Below, piece by piece: positions 58,358-64,000 of a stretch of DNA of 64,000 nt. The stretch comes from Steroidobacteraceae bacterium (GTDB lineage: Bacteria; Pseudomonadota; Gammaproteobacteria; Steroidobacterales; Steroidobacteraceae). Both the position numbers and the translations under genes were made by a program. How positions within the stretch are numbered: position 1 is the stretch's first letter; the number at the start of each line of letters is the position of its first letter. The stretch is taken from positions 4,625 through 68,624 of the forward strand of contig DASXYW010000016.1 of NCBI GenBank assembly GCA_036502265.1. Reading direction: 5' to 3'. Under the pieces are notes generated by a model. It saw only the letters and a list, made by a program, of their open reading frames with translations, was not told where the DNA came from and did no database searches.

Positions 58358-59782
58358 ATGAGCGCCCGGCTCTACATGACAACACCAATTCACTGCCGAC
58401 ATCTTGGGTGTCTGCTGCTCGCCGCGCTCGCAGCCTGTGCCAGCGCGCCGCCGCCCGCGCCCATCGATCCTGCGGGGATCGCCGCTGCATTCAATGCGCG
58501 GCGGCTGGAGCAGCTGGCGCCAGGGTTACCGTCACCGTCTTCTTCCTGGGATCGCGCCCAGTGGCTGCAGGCAGCGTTGCTGCTCAATCCACAGCTCGCC
58601 GAAGCGCGGGCGCATGTGGGAGCCTCGGTCGCCGGCGAGCGCACCGCGGCCGAGTATCCAAACCCGACGCTAAACTTATTTGCCGAGTACGTGGGCGGCG
58701 CGGCGCATAGCGCCAACTGGCTATACGGGCTGTCGCTGGACTTCCTGTTGCGGCGGCCGGGCGAGCGCGCGCGCGCTCGACACTACGCCGCGGTGCAGAC
58801 GGCGCTGGCCAAATCCGACCTGGCCGACTCGATCTGGTCGGTGCGGACCGCGCTTCGACAGGCATTGATTGATGTGGCATCGTCACGCGATGAATCGGCG
58901 TTGCTGGAGAAATTGATCGCCGAGCGGCAGACGCTGTTGCAGTCCGATCGGGCTCGCGCTGCCGCGGGCGACATCGCCCACACCCAGGTACTGTCCGATG
59001 AGCTGGAATTGGCGCGCGCCCAGCAGCGGCTGCGGCATGAGCAGGCGCGCGGCGTGGATGCCACCTCGCGTCTTGCGGCGGCCGTGGGGGTGCCAGCGTC
59101 GGCCCTCGATGCGCCGCCGGCGCACTGGGACGACTGGGCCGACATCGACGCGCTGGTCGCCCCCCCGCCCGACACTCTGCGCGGCGCGGCACTGATCGGC
59201 CGGCCGGAGATGGTGCAGGCACTGCGCACGTACGACCTGGCCGAGATCAGCCTGCAGAATGAGGTCGCCAAGCGCTGGCCCGAGCTGCATCTGACTCCGG
59301 GCTACGCCTGGGGTGATCAGGGCGTACGCGAGGATCCGCTGAACGACTTCAGTCAGGAGACGGCTCTGGGGGTTAACTTTGAATTGCCGCTGTTCAATCA
59401 GCACCAGGGTCCGATCGGGGAGGCGCTGGCGCGGCGCGATGCTGCCGGTCAGCACCTGATCGCGGTGCAGGCGCAGTTGTTCGAGCAGATCGATCGTGCC
59501 GAGATCGCATGGCCTCGCGCCCGGGTGGCGTGGGACGATGCGGTCAGCATGACGGACATCGCCGATCGGCAGCAGGCGGCCGAACAGCGGGCGCTGAGCG
59601 CCGGTTCCGGTGATCGCAGCGGCGTCGCCAGTGCACAGGTGGCCGCAACCGAGGCGCGACTGCTGCAGCTCACGGCCGCCTACGATGCGCAGGCATGCTT
59701 CGGTGCGCTAGAAGATGCCTATCGCCGGCCGCTGCAGGGCAGCGAGGGCGAAGTGCCGACCGCTGCGGAGCCGCGCTCGTGA
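58358..59782 (+). CDS. Outer-membrane efflux protein (TolC/CzcC family lipoprotein)
   Basis: Start ATG 58358 or 58376. A lipobox is present (LLLAALAAC). Two OEP repeats with coiled-coil segments are present. Confidence 0.75.
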   Translation: MSARLYMTTPIHCRHLGCLLLAALAACASAPPPAPIDPAGIAAAFNARRLEQLAPGLPSPSSSWDRAQWLQAALLLNPQLAEARAHVGASVAGERTAAEYPNPTLNLFAEYVGGAAHSANWLYGLSLDFLLRRPGERARARHYAAVQTALAKSDLADSIWSVRTALRQALIDVASSRDESALLEKLIAERQTLLQSDRARAAAGDIAHTQVLSDELELARAQQRLRHEQARGVDATSRLAAAVGVPASALDAPPAHWDDWADIDALVAPPPDTLRGAALIGRPEMVQALRTYDLAEISLQNEVAKRWPELHLTPGYAWGDQGVREDPLNDFSQETALGVNFELPLFNQHQGPIGEALARRDAAGQHLIAVQAQLFEQIDRAEIAWPRARVAWDDAVSMTDIADRQQAAEQRALSAGSGDRSGVASAQVAATEARLLQLTAAYDAQACFGALEDAYRRPLQGSEGEVPTAAEPRS

Positions 59783-60741
59783 GCTACCCGTCGGTGCTAC
59801 TGTGGTTACTGCTGCTGGCGGTCGCCGCGGCGCGCGCCGACGACGACGATGAGGCCAGGCCGGCGGCGCCGAACAGCTCCGGTGTGTTCGCGCTCACCGT
59901 CTCGCAGCAGCAGGCGGTCGGCATACGCATCGATCACCCGGCACAGTTGTCCGGCCCGCAGCAGATCGATGCCTACGGCCTGGTACTCGACCCGGTGGCG
60001 CTAATCACTGATGCCGGTCACGTCGACAGCACCGCCGCGGCGGCCGAGGCGGCCGCCGCGGATGCCGCCCGGGTCGACAATCTGTATCGCAATAACGCCG
60101 ACGCCTCGCTCAAGTCCGTGCAGACTGCGCGCGCGCAGGCGGCCGGGGCGACGGCGCAAGCGCAGACCGCCGCGGCCACTTTCCGCCTGCAGTGGGGTCC
60201 GATCGCCAGCATGGCGCCTGCCGCCCGCCAGGAACTGATCGGACAACTCGGTGACGGGCGACATTTGCTGTTGCGCGCCGACGTTCCCGGACACGCCTTG
60301 CTGGGCACGCTCGCCCCGCGGGCATTGGTCAGTGTGGATGGGATCAGTGTCGCAGCGCGCGTCCTGGGCTCGCTGCCGCGGACCGACCTGCAATCGCAGA
60401 GCAGTGGTTGGCTGCTGGAGATCGAGCGCCGCCCCGAGGGCCTCGGTCCGGGCGCTCGCACCCGCGTGCAACTGCTGGGCGCGCCGGTAAGCGGCGTGCT
60501 GGTACCTGCCGAGGCGCTGCTGTACAGCGATCAGGGTGCCTACGTGTTCCGCCAGGTCGCCGGCGAGGCCGGCAAGGCGCAGTACTCGGCGGTGCCGGTC
60601 AAGCTGTTGGTGCGCGTGGGGCAGGGTTGGCTGGTGGATGGACTCGGACGCGACGACAGTATCGTGGTGCAGGGCGCCGGCGTGCTGTGGTCGCTGGAGG
60701 GCATCAGTACGTTTTCGGCTGCCGAAGAGGAACACGACTAG
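59779..60741 (+). CDS. RND efflux periplasmic adaptor (CzcB/CusB-like, divergent)
   Basis: GTG 59779 overlaps the OMF stop (GTGA). It has a signal/anchor segment (LLWLLLLAVAAARA), an Ala-rich alpha-hairpin, and a C-terminal beta-domain (GVLVPAEALLYSDQGAYVFRQV). Confidence 0.6.
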   Translation: MSYPSVLLWLLLLAVAAARADDDDEARPAAPNSSGVFALTVSQQQAVGIRIDHPAQLSGPQQIDAYGLVLDPVALITDAGHVDSTAAAAEAAAADAARVDNLYRNNADASLKSVQTARAQAAGATAQAQTAAATFRLQWGPIASMAPAARQELIGQLGDGRHLLLRADVPGHALLGTLAPRALVSVDGISVAARVLGSLPRTDLQSQSSGWLLEIERRPEGLGPGARTRVQLLGAPVSGVLVPAEALLYSDQGAYVFRQVAGEAGKAQYSAVPVKLLVRVGQGWLVDGLGRDDSIVVQGAGVLWSLEGISTFSAAEEEHD

Positions 60742-60746
60742 CGATC

Positions 60747-63700
60747 ATGCTGGCCACCATCGTTCGCGCGTCGCTTGCCTATCCGCGCATCGTCACCGCG
60801 CTGTCGCTGCTGATCGCCATGCTCGGCGCCTACGCGCTGCTCAACGCGCGCCTGGACGTGTTTCCAGACTTTGCCCCGCCGCACGTGCTGGTGCAGGCCG
60901 AAGCCCCGGGGCTGGATGCCACGCAGGTGGAATCGCTGGTAACACGGCCGCTGGAGGGACTGCTCGAGGGCGCCGAGAACGTCGCGGCAGTGCGCTCGAC
61001 CTCGAGCCAGGGACTGTCGGCAATCCAGGTGGTGTTCACGCGTGAGGGTGATCCGTATCGTCAGCGCCAGGTGATCACCGAGCGACTGGGCGACTCGGCA
61101 TCGCTGCTGCCGCCCGGTGTCGGTCCGCCGCTGCTGTCGCCGCTGAGCTCCTCGATGGAGTATCTGGTGCATTTCGGTTTCACCAGCGATCGGCTGTCGC
61201 CGATCGAACTGCGCGACCTGATACGCTGGTTCGTCAAGCCGCAGATTCTGGCCGTGCCCGGCGTGTCGCAAGTGCAGATCTTCGGCGGCGATTCGCGCGA
61301 ACGCCAGCTGCTCGCCGATCCGCTCAAGTTGCAGGCCGCTGGGGTCACGCTCGATGATCTTGACGAGGCCGTGCGCCGCGGTACCCAGCTGATTGGCGGC
61401 GGTTACCTTGAGACGCAGTCGCAGCGCATCGTGTTGCAGGCGCAGTCACCGGGCGACTCGCTGGCCGCGCTCTCACAGGCGCTGGTGCCGAATTCCGGCG
61501 GCGCGCCGCTGCGCGTCGGTGACCTGGCGACAGTGCGCGATGGGGCCGCGCCACGCTTCGGCGATGCGATCATCGGCGGCAAGCCCGGAATCCTGGTCGA
61601 AACCTCCTCGCAGTACGGTGCCAACACGCTCGATGTGACGCGTGATCTGGAGCTGCGGCTCGATACGATCGCGCCGGCGCTGGCGCGCCAAGGGGTGCAA
61701 TATCATCCGGCGCTACTGCGGCCGGCGAGCTTCATCGAAAGTGCAATCGCCAAGCTGCGCAATTCGCTGCTGATCGGCGCGGTCCTGGTGGTGGTGCTGC
61801 TGCTGGTGACGTTTCGCGATTGGCGTGGCGCGCTGGTCTCGTTCAGCTCCATTCCGGTGTCGCTGCTGGCGACCATCTGGATCCTGACCAGCCGCGGGAT
61901 CAGCCTCAATACGATGACGCTGGGCGGCCTGGTCGTGGCGCTCGGCGTGGTGGTCGACGATGCGGTGATCGACGTCGAGAACATTACGCGCCGGCGGCGC
62001 GTGGCCGGTGCCGGCGTCGACGTGCACTCGCTGTTGCTGGCCGCCTCGCTCGAAGTGCGACGCCCGGTGTTCTACGCCACCGCGGCAGTCGCGGTCGCGT
62101 TCCTGCCGATCCTGATGCTAACTGGGATACAAGGATCATTCTTCCAGCCGCTGTCCACCGCGTTCCTGCTGGCAGTGGGCCTGTCGCTGCTGGTGGCGAT
62201 GAGCGCGACCCCGGCGCTGTGCGCGTTGCTGATGAATTCCTACACGCCGCGAGCCGAGGCCGGGTGGCTGCGCCATTGCAAACGAGCGCAGCAGTGGGCG
62301 ATCACGCGCCTGCAGCCGCATCCGGGCGTCGCGCTGGCGATCGTGCTGCTGTGCGGGGTCGCGGGCATCGCGCTGCTGCCGCTGCTGGGGTCGCGCCTGC
62401 TGCCGGATTTTCGCGAGGACTATCTGATCGCCCACGCGGCCCTGCGTCCAGGCATCTCATTGCAGGAAACCGCGCGCGTCGGGCAGCGTATCGCGCAGCG
62501 CCTGGCGGCGATCCCCGGCGTCAAGAGCGTGGCCGAGCAGATCGGCCGCGCCGAGAACGGCCAGGATCCGGATGCCCCCAACAAGAGCGAGTTCGAGATC
62601 CAGCTCGATCGTGCCCAGGGCGTCGAGGCACAGCAGATCGAGGCCAAGATTCGCGACGTGTTCGACAACTTCCCCAACCAGTTGGTCGAGATCTACTCGG
62701 TGCTCGCCGAGCGCATCGGCGAGACGCTGTCTGGCGAGGGGGCACCGTTTTTCGTCAGCGTGTTCGGTCCGGATCTGGATACCGACGACCAGGTGGCCGG
62801 CGAGATCGGCGATCTGCTGCGAGCGTGGCCGCAGAGTGGCACGGTGCGACTCGAGGTGCCGCCGCGACAGCCGGAGCTGCGAATCGAGTTGCAACCCGAG
62901 CAATTGGCGCTGTATGGGCTTCAGGCGGCCGATGTGCTCAAGACGGTAAATGCTGCATTTCACGGCAGCGAGGTCGCGCAGCTCAACCAGGCCGATCGCA
63001 GCGTGCCGATCGTGGTGCGCGTCGCCGGCGTGGACAGCACGCCGCAGGCGGTTCGCGATCTGGTACTGCGCGGGCGCGAAGGCGCGTTGGTTCCGCTGGC
63101 TGCCGTCGCCGCCCTGCAGACCGTCTCGGCGCGCAGCCTGATCAGTCACGAGGCCGGCCTGCGTCGCCAGGTGGTGATCGCCAATCCGCAGACGACCGAC
63201 CAGGCGGGCTACGCGCGCGCCGCGCGCACCACGATCGCCGAGCACATCAAGCTGCCGCCGGACGTGTACCTGCGCTACGGTGGCACCGCTCCGGCGCAAT
63301 CCGCCGCGGCGCGCGAACTGCTGCTGCATTCGATCGCTGCATTCGTGTTGATCGTGCTGCTGCTGGCGCTTGGTTTCGGCCACAGCCGGCACGTGGCGCT
63401 GGTGTTGGTCGCGTTGCCCAGCACCTTGCTTGGTGGCGTGGTCGCGGTGGCACTGACCGGCGGTTCGCTGTCGCTCGGGGCGATGGTCGGTTTCGTGGCG
63501 CTGTTCGGTATGGCCGCGCGCAATACCATTCTGCTGATCTCGCACTACGATTACCTGATCGCCGCCGAGCATCAGGCGTGGCGTGCGGATACGGCACTGC
63601 GCGGGGCCGAGGAGCGCTTGACGCCGGTGCTGTTGACGGCGCTGCTCACCGGGCTGGCGCTGCTGCCGGTGGCGATTCAGTCGCATCAACCGGGACACGA

Positions 63701-63827
63701 GATCGAAGGTCCGATGGCGGTGGTCATCCTGGGAGGCCTGGTGTCCTCCACGATCGTAAGCCTGGTGCTGGTTCCGCCCCTGGCAGCGCGCTGGTTGCGC
63801 TATGGGTTGGCGAGCGCCGGGGAGTAG
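60747..63827 (+). CDS. Heavy-metal efflux RND pump, CzcA/CusA family
   Basis: Start ATG 60747 (MLATIVRASLAYPRIV...). About 1026 aa with 12 TM segments. Typical HME-RND sequence is present (GGLVVALGVVVDDAVIDVENI). Confidence 0.9.
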   Translation: MLATIVRASLAYPRIVTALSLLIAMLGAYALLNARLDVFPDFAPPHVLVQAEAPGLDATQVESLVTRPLEGLLEGAENVAAVRSTSSQGLSAIQVVFTREGDPYRQRQVITERLGDSASLLPPGVGPPLLSPLSSSMEYLVHFGFTSDRLSPIELRDLIRWFVKPQILAVPGVSQVQIFGGDSRERQLLADPLKLQAAGVTLDDLDEAVRRGTQLIGGGYLETQSQRIVLQAQSPGDSLAALSQALVPNSGGAPLRVGDLATVRDGAAPRFGDAIIGGKPGILVETSSQYGANTLDVTRDLELRLDTIAPALARQGVQYHPALLRPASFIESAIAKLRNSLLIGAVLVVVLLLVTFRDWRGALVSFSSIPVSLLATIWILTSRGISLNTMTLGGLVVALGVVVDDAVIDVENITRRRRVAGAGVDVHSLLLAASLEVRRPVFYATAAVAVAFLPILMLTGIQGSFFQPLSTAFLLAVGLSLLVAMSATPALCALLMNSYTPRAEAGWLRHCKRAQQWAITRLQPHPGVALAIVLLCGVAGIALLPLLGSRLLPDFREDYLIAHAALRPGISLQETARVGQRIAQRLAAIPGVKSVAEQIGRAENGQDPDAPNKSEFEIQLDRAQGVEAQQIEAKIRDVFDNFPNQLVEIYSVLAERIGETLSGEGAPFFVSVFGPDLDTDDQVAGEIGDLLRAWPQSGTVRLEVPPRQPELRIELQPEQLALYGLQAADVLKTVNAAFHGSEVAQLNQADRSVPIVVRVAGVDSTPQAVRDLVLRGREGALVPLAAVAALQTVSARSLISHEAGLRRQVVIANPQTTDQAGYARAARTTIAEHIKLPPDVYLRYGGTAPAQSAAARELLLHSIAAFVLIVLLLALGFGHSRHVALVLVALPSTLLGGVVAVALTGGSLSLGAMVGFVALFGMAARNTILLISHYDYLIAAEHQAWRADTALRGAEERLTPVLLTALLTGLALLPVAIQSHQPGHEIEGPMAVVILGGLVSSTIVSLVLVPPLAARWLRYGLASAGE

Positions 63828-63962
63828 TGTCCTGCGGCAGTTTGGCACCACTGGCGCGCCAGACTGTAGCCTTTATGGCACTCCTTTCAAGGATCAGGTA
63901 GAATTGCCGTGATAAGACCATGTTCGGTAACAGCAACGCTGTTGCTAGGGTACAACATCGAT

Positions 63963-63978
63963 TGGCACGGGGCTTGCT
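63963..63978 (+). promoter_or_regulatory. Candidate sigma-54 promoter (TGGCAC-N5-TTGCT) pointing out of the window
   Basis: TGGCACGGGGCTTGCT matches the -24 GG / -12 GC consensus (TGGCAC-N5-TTGCW). It lies in the AT-richer region after the RND pump gene. An AGCAAC-gct-GTTGCT palindrome lies about 30 nt upstream. Confidence 0.35.
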
Positions 63979-64000
63979 ACATGCTCGTGGGGTTCCTGCG

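Overview
This is a GC-rich (roughly two-thirds G+C by eye), gene-dense chromosomal segment. Gene content suggests a gamma- or beta-proteobacterial facultative chemolithoautotroph or C1 utiliser. I saw no rRNA, tRNA, CRISPR array, transposase, integrase or phage genes.

Gene content, left to right:
- A Sox-like thiol-carrier module: fused SoxY-SoxZ, a SoxH-like MBL hydrolase, and an FccB/SoxF-like flavoprotein cut by the left edge.
- Glycolate oxidase glcDEF.
- An ECF sigma / ZAS anti-sigma pair, divergent from a Tat-exported metallophosphoesterase plus cupredoxin.
- A frameshifted DUF2252 gene, glgX, and small accessory genes including an HpnB-like glycosyltransferase and a decayed GFA-family gene.
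- A tightly overlapping eight-gene operon: quinone oxidoreductase, HiPIP, DUF1475, DUF2062, DUF1295, AttE/F/G-like ABC exporter, AttH/CrtC-like lipocalin.
- An Mrr-type nuclease-domain fragment, a methyltransferase, NDH-2, NfeD/SPFH, yadGH-like ABC-2 transporter, a decayed TonB-dependent receptor and yceH.
- An AcoR-type regulator lacking the AAA+ module, followed by a fused fghA-fdhD-fdsGBAD operon (S-formylglutathione hydrolase plus NAD-formate dehydrogenase).
- MAPEG, then pqqABCDE. pqqA is a 24-codon gene that is missing from the ORF track.
- A HisKA_3 / NarL-type two-component pair and an oxalate/formate-antiporter-family MFS transporter.
- cbbR divergent from a form IC (red-type) CBB operon, cbbLSX-FPT-ZY.
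- A czcCBA-type heavy-metal RND efflux system.

Nothing resembles a known defence or mobile system. The most novel-looking items are the eight-gene HiPIP/DUF/ABC operon, the Sox-like carrier module, and the ECF-controlled phosphoesterase-cupredoxin pair with its twin promoter motif.

Coordinates taken from the ORF track are exact. Start refinements and small features that I located by hand may be off by 1-3 nt.
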